64,000 nucleotides of DNA, from the NCBI GenBank assembly GCA_012026655.1, contig JAAILG010001346.1:1-64000 (forward strand), written 5' to 3'. This stretch comes from Hydrolagus affinis (taxonomy: Eukaryota). The position numbers and the translations under genes are program-made. Below, piece after piece: positions 51,816 to 64,000 of the stretch; the first letter of the stretch is position 1, and each line of letters opens with the position of its first letter. Below the pieces are notes generated by a model that worked only from the letters and a program-made list of their open reading frames with translations, ran no database searches and was not told the DNA's origin.

Positions 51816-53218
51816 TCAAACCTCTCCTTTGATATCCAATTAAGTCTGATCAAAAAACAACTTTAAATAAATGATTCTAATAACATGTAAAATGTGTAGT
51901 TTGGGCTCGGTTGAGCATTCTCACCTCAAGGTCAGGCTTCCAAGCCTCACTTCTCAGGAACTAAATCCATAACACAGACCAGACCATCCATGCAATATAA
52001 CAATGAGGGAGTTCAGCGGTGGGGTGGAAAACGGCTGTAGAAATAGCGCTCCGACCAAAGAATATGAAGTGCTTCTCTTGCGAAATACAGGAGAGGATTC
52101 GCCCACAAAATGTCATCGATTTAAGTTACATTGTGCGCTGTGAATGCCGTGAGGCGTCTAGAAGACGTGATTTGTGCTTTTCCCTCCGATCCGTGCCTCT
52201 GGTGGCTTCTCTAAAGCTCCAGGACTTTTCCATTCGGAGACGACTGCAAATGTGTTATCTCAAGTTCATCATAAAGTGTGTTTGGCTGCCGCGTTCCGGC
52301 CACCAAACACACACTCGGTACACTTCACAGTATATCCCGTGAGGCACTCTGGGACGTCATTCCAACGTGAAAGGCGCTGTACAAACATCATTTTGTTGTT
52401 GCCTTGAAGGCGTGATAAAATGCAAGGATTAGTATTATTGTTGTTTGGAGAAATCTTGAGAATTTCATATTTTCTCCCTCTTGCAGCTTCGAAGTGGTTT
52501 CCGAAAGCATGACCCGTATCGCCCGCATAGTGCTAATCAGTCGTGGGCCCAAAGGGCTAATTATTATTTTTTTTTTACTAATTGTTCTGCTTACTGGGTT
52601 TTACGGCTCGCGTGTGACTAACTGCTCGCGTGTGACTAACAGGCTCGCTTTGTACAGGCAGAGGTTAGCCAGTAGCAAACTAAAAGAAAATCCCAAATGT
52701 GTGGACGTAAATTATGAAAGATGCAGTGATGCCTGTGTCACAATCGATCTCAGTGAGTTATAAAGACGGGTGATTTTGTGACGGGGGGAACTTTCCCACA
52801 AGTCGCTGCTGTGTTATTTCCCTAGGCATTAAAATAATCTGAACTGAATCCCATTGACACAGACACGTTTCAAACCCCAATATCAATGTCCGGAGGAGTA
52901 ATGTACTGTTTGAACAGTTCTTTCGTGATGTTCTTTTAAACACCTTTGCTCCCGAGTTTGCACAGAGAAAGATTGATGCGGCTGCTCAACATTTCCGAGT
53001 GTCCCAATTCCATTCTTCTCTATCTCACTCTTCATTAATTCCTACGGTTTTTTTTTGCTCAACCAGGTGTCTGACACATTTATAAACCCCTTGCGGTATT
53101 CAACGGTTTAACACTCTCTAGTTGCAATGAGAAATGCATGTCTAGAGTTCCCTGGTAATTATAATAAGTGGACTCGCACTGCACTTGCCTTGTGAGTGAA
53201 GAACACATGCGAAGATTT

Positions 53219-53273
53219 TATATACTCTATATATATATATAGATACATATATATACTGTATATATATATATAT
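53219..53273. repeat. (TA)n microsatellite directly 5' of a SINE
   Basis: Directly visible. Confidence 0.85.
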
Positions 53274-53274
53274 G

Positions 53275-53590
53275 GAGTCCTGTAGCTCAGTGGTTAGAGC
53301 ACTCGCCTTACAAGCGAGAAACACGAGTTCGGTTCCAGGCAAGGCAAAACCTTGGGCGAGTTTCCTTACTCCACACGCCTAACAATAATCTCTCAAAAAA
53401 ATAAGAATAAAATTGGCCAATTCAATCCACGACTGTTTGTGGGGGACGCTGCTGTGCGCAATTGGCTTCCGCGTTTCGCCCACAAATGTACAGTCAATTC
53501 ACTTTGCGGTATATTCTGTGGAGCGCTTTGAGACATCTAGAAGACCTGAAAAGCGCTATATCAAATGCTGGGGTTATTATTATTATTATT
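53275..53590 (+). mobile_element. Near full-length tRNA-derived SINE (dominant family; Deu-like core, L2-like 3' tail)
   Basis: A box TAGCTCAGTGG; anticodon-like stem ctcgc-cttacaa-gcgag; degenerate B box; core tgtggggacgctgctgtgcgcaattggc; tail gcgctatatcaaatgc...(tta)n. Over 25 copies or fragments in the window. Confidence 0.9.
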
Positions 53591-56249
53591 GGCAGCTGCC
53601 AAGGAACTAAGTACTGTATCTCAAAACACATTGATGGAATTTAGCCAACAGCTAGGACCACCTTGGAAGCCATTTATGATCATGGCTACTAGTTTCTCAG
53701 GAGACATGTTGGGAGAGTAACAATCTACAGTGTTATGACCGTCAACATTTGAAGTCGAGGAGTTGAAGGGCTGTAGAGTTTAGACTCCACCACATTCCCA
53801 CGGCCAAGCGTGTGACCTCGGGCTTCAGTTAAACTCTCAAACATATATCCTGGTCACAAGTCGGCCAACAGACAACTGTGAGTTTTGTGCTGGTCGAAGT
53901 TCAAATAGAATCATAGAATATTACAGCACAGAAGGAGGAGGAAGGACCACTTTGCCTGGGGACAGGCAGACTGAAAGAAGCTCCATTACCTTACCATACA
54001 AGTGTCGTGAGATCTTTACATTCACCTGAGCAGACGGGACCTCATCTTAACATACCGTCCAAAAGGCAATCCACTGGAGTGTCAACCTAGTCGATGAGCT
54101 CAAATACCAATATAAGGTTTCCATCCACCCACCTTCTTTCTGACTCCACAGGCTAGAGCGCTGCATGACTGAGACAAGCTGTCACCCGATAAACCCCATG
54201 AGCAGATTTATAAATCTTAAAATCGAGGCGCTTAGGTGAAAGGTCAAGCCCCATGAACGCAAGCAGTGGCTTCACAAAGTCAGAGAAAGAGCCAACTGAA
54301 GAAGGTCATGTGAGGCTAACGTTTCTGAACGTTGACTGTTGAAACCTCGCCGCACCATTTGGGAAAGATGAGCCAAAGTGCAGTCCAGCTCCGGCTCTTC
54401 TCGTGCTTACCTTGTAAAGGACTTTTTGTGACATTCTCCCTCGGCCTGAGCTTTGCCGTGTGAGTGCAGGTTGTTGTGGTCGAACACGTTCACGTGTTCA
54501 GTTCGCCCTTTACCATTTTAGCACAGTCACAGTCGTGTTGTTTTCATTATTTGAGCGTGAGGTAAACCAATCAATCTATCAGTGCCCGCGATGGCTAATT
54601 GCTCTATCTTATTTCTCCAGGTTTGGTTGGTTCCTGCAGCAGTTTGGCATTGCCCGCTGCTCAATATCCCCGGCAACGCACTGGCAGACGACAAAGAAGG
54701 CAGCGAAATCTTAACGCCAAAGGTGGCATGAGATTTACTCTTATTCCTTCACCAAACCAGTTAACACTTAACAGTTTTTATAATACGTATATATCTGCGA
54801 AAGACATCTATCTGATGGAGTCACAAAATCACAGGGTTCGTAACACCTTTCATTCCTTCACGAAAGCCATCTACCTGGACAAGAGATTTATTTTTCCGTG
54901 TGTTCCTTTTGAGATGCACTTTATTGTGTACAGTGATAAAAATTTGAACGCATCGGCCACGGTTATCCTCGCACTTATGCGGTTTGTGTTTCGAGCGATT
55001 GTACGAGACACCGGGTGTAGCCCGCAGAGGAACCGTGCAGACGTTGTAAGTAAATGACATTAAAATGCTGGCACACTATCCGCTGAGTAAAGCGATATTT
55101 TGACTCTGTACCTTTATATTTGATGGCGAAATGTGCCTGCGATGAACTTAGACAGGACTGGACAACCAAGGGAGTGGCAACACATTACAATTTACAATTA
55201 CCCTTGGTGCGAGCCTCCAGGGAAGGAAACAGATCTTTTTTTCTCTGTTGGGCAGGACAACAGAGACATTCCGAGCCGGTTTACGTCATGTTGGCGTACC
55301 ATTAGGATCAATGTAACCTTAAAGAACGGAATCAAATAGAGCATCTGAGAACGCAGTTCGCTCGTCGTGTTCAGAAGCTGAATTCACGCAAATCTTATGA
55401 TAACAAGGCACTGTGATTTTCTGAACTGTCTGATGACCTGCACTAAACCTATTTTATGTTGAGGACACCATCAAAGAGGAAGGACAAGATAAGTAATCTC
55501 TCTAGACTAGTTTAAAAAAAAAGAAAATACACTTTCATCCGTGCCCTTTAAGCGTTTTAGTTGCTACTCGTTTCACATCGATGGTGATTTAGGTTTCACT
55601 GAGTGGATGCGCTATCCGTTCTGGTAATCTTGAGGGCAAGGTGTCAGTCTGGCTCAGTTGGTAGAGCTCAAGGCCTCCTGAGTCAAGAGGTCGTGGGTTT
55701 AAGCCTCACGTCAGGACTTTTAGCTCATGTTCGAATCCAGGGTACCCTTTTGACTGCTGAGAGCCGGATGCTCTATTTGAGAAACCGCTTAAACAATATT
55801 AGAGCATTTCCTTCCCTTCCAGAGCATAACATTTACACAGCATCGTTTTCTCATTGGAAGGACGTCACAAAGTGCTCAACACTGCTGGTTGTACACCTGA
55901 GCTGGGGGCTGGGGGTAGGAAGCGGGGTGGAGAGGGGAACAGATGACCGTAAGTGTAGTCGAAAGAGTTAGGTGAAACTTGAGGGAGGGAGGGAACCAAC
56001 GAACGAGTCGGATGGACTCTGGGAATGAACTCCAGAGAGTCAGGGCAAAATGCCAATGGTGAGGAAGGTGGGGTGTAGAAGAGAAAGAGAGAGAGAAGGA
56101 AGCGAGCTGGTATTTGCTGGGCAAAGGGTCAGTAGATTGAAAAAGGTAGGGTGGAGAGAAGGGGAGGAATGATGAACGGAGAGGAGTTTCTCACTGTTTG
56201 GGTATTTGTCTGGAGATTTCCAAGAGGAATTTAATATCTTCTGAAACAC

Positions 56250-57459
56250 AAAATCATTTGCCAACTCGATTTATTTACCATGCATATATAGAATGTATTC
56301 CTCTACTTTTATGTTCTCTCTGTGTCAGGAAATCAATACTATATTCATGATTCACACAGGTTTGTTTGACTGTAAACAATTCGTCACTCTAGGCTTGCAA
56401 AAGAACTCATCTCCTGCCCCACCCACCCCCCAAAAAACTGCGCGTTCAAAGTTAATTTAAAAAAAAAAAAATCTCTCGCCGCGTCTCGTTTTGCACATAA
56501 ACATGACTAGCTAACATGGATGTAATTAAGCAAATATATGTTTGGCATATTCAGCAACTGGGATTGTCTCCCAATAGTATTAAGATTAAATAAAATAATT
56601 GCAGTGAGGCATGTTGTGACAGTCCATGACTGACGTACCGACTGGCGCATTCTCTCCAGACCGACCCTTGCCCCTGGAGGTCGTGGTGCTCAGGTTGTGG
56701 GTGACGAGGGTGGGGGGGGTGAGGGGGGGGGGCTTCCCATAAGGAAGAGAAGATGAGGAGGAGGAGGGTCTCAGAGTTCACCTAAGACCCTTCTTCTTGG
56801 GTGGACCCTGGCCATAGCATCACACTTGGATGGAGCAGGCGGCTGGAAAGGCAATGGAATGCCTCACTCCGCACACTGAATTCACAGTCAACAATTGTTC
56901 GTACGTAGGTTGATTAAGAAAGATATTGTTCTTTATATGTTTCCAATATTGGATATAAGTACAAAAACACTGATTTGTTTATATATATATATATAATATA
57001 TATAATATATATAGCATCGTCCATGGCATATAGAACAATTGGGATGCGGAGGGGGTGGGGGGGGGTGGAAAAAAGCTCGGGACTTTCCAATGTCGTGATA
57101 AACTAGAGACTGCCACAGCACCAACCGACCTCTTTGCGGTTGATTTGAGCTTGTTTCCCTTTGACCAAACACAGGACGGTTTCCATTGAGTTTTTTGTGG
57201 CGTGACTGCGTTGAGCGATGAAACAGATATGGAAAAAAAAAACGGGCGAAAAGTAACCAGCTCTTGGGACGAAATAACCGGCACGGACACCGCGTGTGCG
57301 TGTACACGTGTGTGCGTGTGAAATGTGTCTGTTCCCATCCATGAGAATCCAGCCTTTTCTCCTCTCTCCCCCCCTCTCCCCCCACCCCACCCCTCCAACC
57401 CACCACCACCACCTTAAGTCACTTCCTATTCACACTGATTCACTGGTTTCAGTCTTGAG
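56250..57459 (-). other. TBX4: Probable TBX4 3' UTR (~1.2 kb)
   Basis: Free of recognisable SINE/LINE sequence; runs from the stop codon to a minus-strand AATAAA. Confidence 0.6.
56270..56275 (-). terminator. Candidate TBX4 polyadenylation signal AATAAA
   Basis: Plus-strand tttatt; a GU/U-rich element (gattttgtgttt) follows on the minus strand. Confidence 0.55.
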
Positions 57460-58067
57460 TCAGCTGTCTGTCCAGGTTGTCACAGTGCCCAGGCCCGAGT
57501 GGTACTGGCCAGGTAATGACGATAGACTCTGTGAGAAGAGCAACTCCCGAGTGCTCTGGGTGTGAGTTGTCGACGGGTGTCTCTCGTGGGGGAGGAGAGG
57601 GACCCTGTCCCGGGGGGAGCAGGCTGCCCCCCCCGGCCCTCGGCCCCTGGCTTGGTGCTGAGGCGGTGAGTAGCCGCTGTACTGGGGGTCGCAGGGCGGC
57701 TGGGGGCTCTGTGCGGGCAAACCGGGCAGGTGAGGCATCATGGCCGTGGTGGTGAAGTGAGCTGAGAAGTGCTGGTAAGGGACGGTGTCCATGGTCTGAA
57801 CCCCGCAACTGCCATAGGGAGTCACGGGAGCCCACATGTTACAGCCCAGGGCTTGGGAATGGTCTTCGTGGCCCGCGGCCCCTCCCGCCTCGCCCCCCGG
57901 CCCCGAGAACATGCAGGCGTCCCTCAGGTCGGCTTCGCTGCGGTACGGCGGGCTCAGCACCGGCTGCTCGTAGGGCGGGGGCCGGAAATAGTGCTCGTCT
58001 CCCAGCGAGGAGGAGGGGGCTTCCAGGAACGGGCGTTTGCAGGTCAGCTCGGGGTGGCCGTGGGCTT
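57460..58067 (-). CDS. TBX4: TBX4 last coding exon: AHGHPELTCKRPFLEAPSSSLGDEHYFRPPPYEQ...QYHSGLGTVTTWTDS*
   Basis: Acceptor cctttcag|AA; open to TGA at 57462-57460; C-terminus matches human TBX4 QYHSGMGTVENWTDG rather than TBX5. Confidence 0.96.
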
Positions 58068-58249
58068 CTGAAAGGTGAAAAGAGAGTCAGCGATGGTTGC
58101 TATCTCACTACCCTCTGCGTGAAGTAATTCCTTCTCAATTTTCTCTTAAAACTCCCTCATTGCTCTTATGGTTACAGACTCCTCAACTAGTGGAAACAAA
58201 CGATTACAAACTTGTTTCAGGCCAGCCTCCACCCCCCCTCCCGCCCTTA

Positions 58250-58520
58250 AATGTTGTCTCTCTAACCAAAATAATCCAGTCTATCGACGTAAACCTTGTA
58301 CTCTTTTCATTACTGCTCTGTTCATACGGTGTTGAGACCAGAATTGGACACAGTATTCCAAATGTGCTCTAACCAAGGTTCTGTATAAATTGAACATCAC
58401 CTCCTCACTTGTTATATTCTTTTTGTCTGTCTGTAAAACCCAAGGTCCTATTGGCCTTTTAAAAAAAAATGTACGTTATGGCTTTATCTCCCTGAGCAAC
58501 GACTTTTAGAGATTTGTGGA
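58250..58520 (-). mobile_element. CR1-type LINE fragment
   Basis: ccagaattggacacagtattccaaatgtgctctaaccaaggttctgtata is the reverse complement of a LVRxHLEYCVQFW-type sequence. Confidence 0.7.
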
Positions 58521-60080
58521 TGTGAATCCCCTCTGGCTACGGAATGTTTCACTGGCCATGTTTTCACCTGGTTAAAATACGCGCACAGAGGTAAAAACTG
58601 CCATGTTGCTGTGGCCCCCATTGATATAAAGCACAGATGAGCATTAAAGATCCCACGGCACCACACGGAAACTAAAGTGCCGATCTCTTCTGTCTTTGCT
58701 TGGACACATGTTAAAGACCAAGTTTGTCCGTTCTCCCAACACTTGTCTCGCATTGACTCGGGAGACCGACGGGCTGGGTTTGATTATTTATTACACGCCA
58801 TCGGATTGCATAAGTAGAAACAGCAACATGAAGGAGCAGTGAAAAGGATTGTTATAAAAATACCATTACTGTACAGCTACAAAGACCGAGCTTCTTAACA
58901 TCCATCAGCATTAGACCCGCTTATCAGTTCAGCCAACTTAATTGCTGACAGCTAGCTCCCAGACCCCACTCCCCTGACAAGATCTGACAGCTCTTTTCAT
59001 TTCCCTTATCATTCCCTTTCCTCCCACCTTCCACACAGTAATGGGAAATTACACTCCCGTTAATGTCACTCGGACAATAACTCTTTCTAATCCAGACAGT
59101 CGCACACATCTGTGTGTATTCTCAGCGAACAGTTTTGTGCACTGTGTAATAATTTACAACAAATAATATAATATAATAACATAACGCGTGGTATGCTGGA
59201 TGGACACTTGTCAGTGCCTCCCGACGTGAAAGGCGCTGTACAAATGTAATTTTGTTGTTGTTGCTGATGGTATGTTGTGCAGTGAAATCGGTTGTGAACG
59301 TTTGTGTTCAGATAGAATTCACCACAACAACAAAATTACATTTGTAGAGCTCCTTTCGCGTCGGGAGGACGTCCCGAGGCGTTGTGCAGTCAGTGTTTGG
59401 GACCCGAGTTTGGGGATCGGTATTGGGGAGGCTGGAGGGTAAGGAGGGGAAGGGAAGGGAGAGATTGTTGAGTGACCAGGACATCGGGAGAAACTCGCTT
59501 TGAATATGCTGTGGGATCTCAAACATCCACCTGAACACGCAAACCGCACCTCGGTTTAATAATAACAATAAAGTTACTAAAAAAAAATCCCTTACATTTA
59601 ATGCAGCACCTTGGGAGAATGTCGGGAATGTTGGGAGAATGTGGGCTGAAGCGCTTCACAGGATATAGTGTAAGGTGTAGTGACTGTGTGTTTTGAGGGC
59701 AAATCTGGCAACCAATTCACACAGCAGTGTCCGACAAATGGCTATGAAGCGGTGTCCACCCTATCAAGGTGCACAGTGTCTTGAGTAATTCTGCTACTGA
59801 CCAAATATAAAACTTCCTTGTTTTGTACCAGTTTCACTGTGATTTTTTATTGCCACTTTGGCTAGTCACCAACTCGACCCTGCCTCTCAGCAACAAAGTG
59901 CTCTGACTGGGGGAATGAGGTGGGGATGCGTAGCCTAATTTCGCCCACAAAATATACAGGTCAAACTCACTTAACAATATATTCTGTGAAGCGCATTGAG
60001 GCGTCTCGTTGAAGTGATAAGGCGCAAGATCAAATGCAAGGATTACGATTTGTATTAGTAGAAAGGTGGTTACCAGTTAC

Positions 60081-60316
60081 CTCTTGGTTTGAAACAGTGA
60101 TAGATTAATCCTGAATCTCTCTGGGCTGTGAAGGGTGTGAGGGTGAGGTCCTGTGTGCCTGACGTGGTTAGTTGCAGTGGCCCGTTGCTCTCGTAAGGAT
60201 AGTGCTGGTGAATCTGCGTCCCGTGAACCGTGCCACACTCCATCTTGGGCGTCAACTGGCCGTGGTTCGAGAGAAGCCGTTGGCGAACGATGCTCTTTGA
60301 AATGACTGGGTACTCT
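60081..60316 (-). CDS. TBX4: TBX4 penultimate coding exon: EYPVISKSIVRQRLLSNHGQLTPK...RDSGLIYHCFKPR
   Basis: Acceptor ttttctcttggtag|A and donor AGAG|gtaact; 236 bp, phase 2 to 1; resembles human KEYPVISKSIMRQRL...RDSSLFYHCLKRR. Confidence 0.95.
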
Positions 60317-60799
60317 CTACCAAGAGAAAAATATACACATTGCTTTCAAACCACACGGAAATTCTGGGCTGAGAAAAGATCGAGGCTTTGCAGATACAAT
60401 ACACCACGAATAAAATTGGTCACTTCAATCCACGACTGTTTGTGGAAAGCTGCTGCGCGCAATTGGCTGTTGTATTATTGTGGTTTTATTTTGGGAGGGA
60501 TTATTATCAGGCGCGTATGTGTGGAGTAAGGAAACTTTCCCATGGATTCAAACACAGGTCTCACGCTTGTAAGGCGATTGCTCTGACCGCTGAGCTGCAC
60601 TGTACTGGGTTTTATACACGGGGCAGAGTATCAAAATACAGCAATAATATCAACTTGATTCAAATTTTATGCAAATAGCTGCTGTGTGACACTTCTCAGT
60701 TCTGCTCAGTCCCCAGCCTCCTCTCCCAACCCCCAGCCACCCTCTCCGTCCTCAATCCTTTCTGTTCTCCGTCAGCTTTTCTGGATAACACAATTTACC

Positions 60800-61225
<426 letters not shown>

Positions 61226-61559
61226 TCATAAAATCTCTCCACAGGGCTCGATCTCGACACGCCGTGCTACACGGAAACGCACCACACAACGCTCAGTGCT
61301 TTTCCTCGGTGTGTGGACGTCCGTTTTGTGAGGCTAACCAACCTCTCCCTCGCCGTGTCTCGCAGATGTGGCCTCCCGACGTGAAAGACACTATAAATGT
61401 GATTTTGTTGTTGTCGTTAGTGCACTCTAGTGTTATGTTAGATAAAAAAAGTTGCTGTTGTGGAAGCAGACTGAAGCACCCAGGTTGCCTTCCGATATCT
61501 GACTTGATATATGCAATGATTTTTATTATTAAGTCGGAAGGCGGTCTCAAAGCTCTTCA

Positions 61560-62490
61560 CAGTAAAAACATAGGGTAAACGCTAAATAAATACCAAATAC
61601 AGAGTAAACACTGGGTAGTAAACACAGTGTTTACTGGGGAACCACAGTAAATGGGTAAATATGCAGAGAAACAGTAAGAATATAGTGTAAAATACCAGGT
61701 AAATATACTGAGTAAAGTAATACCCATTGGATCTGGTACAGGTATTTAGAGTAAACATCAGGCAAACATTGGGTTAACACACCCAGTAACAACAGCAAAT
61801 TATATTTCAATAAAGCCTTTCATGGCAGGACGCCATCCCAAGCCACTGGACAGTCAGGGATTTGGACCTGAGTTGGGGGTTGAGATTGAGAGGAATGGAG
61901 GGCGGGGAGCGTAGGGGAAGATAGAGACCGAAAGGCCCAATAAACGCTGGGCGATGGCACAAAGTAAACAGCGACCAGGTAAATACCCAGTGTAAACATT
62001 GGGTAAAAACACAGAGCAAACACTGGGTAAATAAGGAAAGTAAATACTGGGTAAATACAGTGTATACTGAAGAAACCAGAGTATAAACACCAGGTAACAG
62101 CACAGGGTAATCACCCCGTCCCGGTGGAAAACTGGTGAACACAGAGTAAACCGCGGGTAAATACAGGGAGGAAACAAGTAAATAAATTGAGTAAAAAGCA
62201 GGTAAGCGCTGGGTAAAAGACACAGAGTAAAAACACTGAATATCGGGTAAATATACCCAGTAAAAAACGGGTAAACATAGAGTGAAACAACAGGTAAACA
62301 AGGGGTTAAAAGAATGCAGAATTACACAGTAAAATACGAGAAATAAACATTTGGCAAATGCATAGAGTAAAAACACCAAATAAACCCTGGGTAAAACACC
62401 AGTAAATACACTGACTAATAACACCGGGTAAATACCCTGATTACCCACCAGGTAAAAGCAGGGTTAAAAAAAACACAGGGAAAAATTACC
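61560..62490. repeat. Degenerate minisatellite (~12-14 bp units, gggtaaa(c/t)ac-like) in a TBX4 intron
   Basis: Dozens of gtaaac/gtaaat/gtaaaa cores at short regular spacing; explains ORF 61807..62448. Confidence 0.85.
61805..61965 (-). mobile_element. LINE-2 tail fragment inside a minisatellite
   Basis: taaagcctttcatggcaggacgccatcccaagcc...gaccgaaaggcccaa. Confidence 0.6.
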
Positions 62491-62500
62491 TGGAAAGAGC

Positions 62501-62532
62501 CACTCACTATCACTATCACTCACTATCACTCA
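62501..62532. repeat. (CACTAT/CACT)n short tandem repeat
   Basis: cactcactatcactatcactcactatcactca. Confidence 0.8.
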
Positions 62533-63179
62533 GTGATTTAAGTAAATCACCTTAATGTCAAAACACCTGATTTGACATCGAGTCTGGGTTCTACAAAGTT
62601 CCACCTTTTGCTCTCAGCGCATCTGGATTCAGTGTCCGATCTTCAAACCGGCCACCGAAGCCTCCATCTGGGCTCCGAGCATTGCTCGGGGAAAGCCTTC
62701 AGCCATCACCCAAACCTCAGGAGCAAAAAGATTCTCACCCCTTTCGCATTCTAAATTTTCATTCAACATAATTTACTCGCTAAACATGAGCCGTCCGTTC
62801 CTCCGTATGTCTGTCCAGCGCTCTCTGTCGGATATCGGTTGTTTAATAGGTGAAGGCAATGAAATGTAACATCTGGAAAATGTAAATTATGTTTTTGAAC
62901 AGCAGCAAATGTTGATAGGGATCTGTCCAGATCACCTCAAAACAGGTCTTATTATCCAAACTTGTCAACGCATCTGCTAGCACTGTCTGTGCGCTGCCTC
63001 CTATAAGTTGTTTAATCCTTACTGAGCTGCGGGTATCTGCTCCCAAAGCAATAAGTTCCATTTCCTTCTGCTACACTCTGTCTATCTTGTGATAGAGACG
63101 GTGAGAGGAGGAAAGCACTTCAAGCCTGAGGAATAGAAGCGCATCCAGCCATTAAGAGGTATCCAGAATAGATGGGCTA

Positions 63180-63517
63180 AAAATAATAATAATCCTTGCA
63201 TTTGATAGAGCAACTTTTCACATCTTCTAGACGTCTCAAAGCGCTTCACAGAATGTACTGTAAAGTGAATTAACTGTATATTCGTGGGTGAAATGTGGCA
63301 GCAAATTGCACACAGCAGCGTCCCCCACAAACAGTCGTGGATTGAAATGACCAATTTTATTATTATGTTTTTTTTGGAGGAATTATTATTATTAGGCGTG
63401 TGTGTGTGTGTGTGTGTATGGAGTAAGGAAACTTGCTCAAGGTTTCCCTGACCTGCCTGGATTCGAACATAGGTCCCACGCTTGTAAGGCGAGTGCTCTA
63501 ACCACTGAGCTACCCAT
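63180..63517 (-). mobile_element. SINE copy, full length, with internal (GT)n
   Basis: Reverse-complement tail, core, B box and ctaaccactgagctac. Confidence 0.9.
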
Positions 63518-63559
63518 GTGGGGGGTGAGTAAGCAGTTCACAGAGCCTAGTGAGGGAGA

Positions 63560-63885
63560 GGACACGAGCTGCAGAGTTCTGATTTAGTCCATTCTGCACA
63601 TGATTAAAGCATGGCTGAGGATTTCGGTTTAAAAGGAAAGTTGGGAGTTGAACAAGATACTAAGGTTCCGCACTGGCTCCATGAGGGACTGTGTATCTGT
63701 GCAGATTGATGCTTTCAGCGCCTGAGGTGGGAGGGTGTTGATGGGGGCCAAGCAGGGGAGGGTGGGCTTCTCTGTCTTGTCAACATTGAACGGGAGAAAG
63801 TTAGTTCTCATCCAGGATTTGATGTCTGACAGGCAATCGGTCAGAACAAGCAGTGGTCCTGGAATCCAGGGTAGAGACAGAGAGA
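63560..63885 (-). mobile_element. LINE-2 reverse-transcriptase fragment
   Basis: W-MRTNFLPFNVDKTE...VRNLSILFNSQLSF, typical of the L2/CR1 RT C-terminus. Confidence 0.75.
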
Positions 63886-64000
63886 AAGAATTGCGTGTAA
63901 TCTGTGTATTTGCAGAAGTTAATTCTATCTATACCTGCACATTTCACACACACATACATATACACACTTACAAATATACAAATACACACAACATTAACGC

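Noticed and set aside
53275-53345. tRNA-like sequence with a TAC anticodon loop
   Set aside because: It is the SINE head: no acceptor stem, continuous with the SINE core, and variable between copies.
57296-58071. Plus-strand and alternative-frame ORFs over the TBX4 last exon
   Set aside because: Shadows of GC-rich coding sequence, with no independent support.
61807-62448. 213-aa hydrophobic ORF that looks like a membrane protein
   Set aside because: It is the translation of the minisatellite plus an L2 fragment, inside a TBX4 intron.
61560-62490. Repeat array as CRISPR-like
   Set aside because: Vertebrate intron, units short and degenerate, no unique spacers, no cas genes.

Overview
This is eukaryotic, vertebrate genomic DNA. 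The SINE/L2 repeat landscape and compact gene spacing suggest a cartilaginous fish, possibly a chimaera such as Callorhinchus (inference). The + strand holds the 3' part of BRIP1/FANCJ, a DEAH Fe-S helicase: exons at 580-19073 whose sizes and peptides match human exons 15-20 as I recall them. The - strand holds the last three coding exons and 3' UTR of TBX4, so the two genes converge across about 30 kb. Main observation: where mammalian BRIP1 ends (...KNKG-short tail), a splice donor opens into at least five more in-phase exons (about 520 aa). These encode a low-complexity linker and a paired-CxxC, putative zinc-binding C-terminal domain. Other points: a GC-AG 13.8-kb intron, an altered BRCA1-binding motif, Hox/Pbx/Pitx-rich enhancer candidates, a decayed Penelope-type hammerhead insert with a target-site duplication, and many tRNA-derived SINE and L2/CR1 fragments. 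No prokaryotic-type features were seen. Human comparisons are from memory, not from a search.
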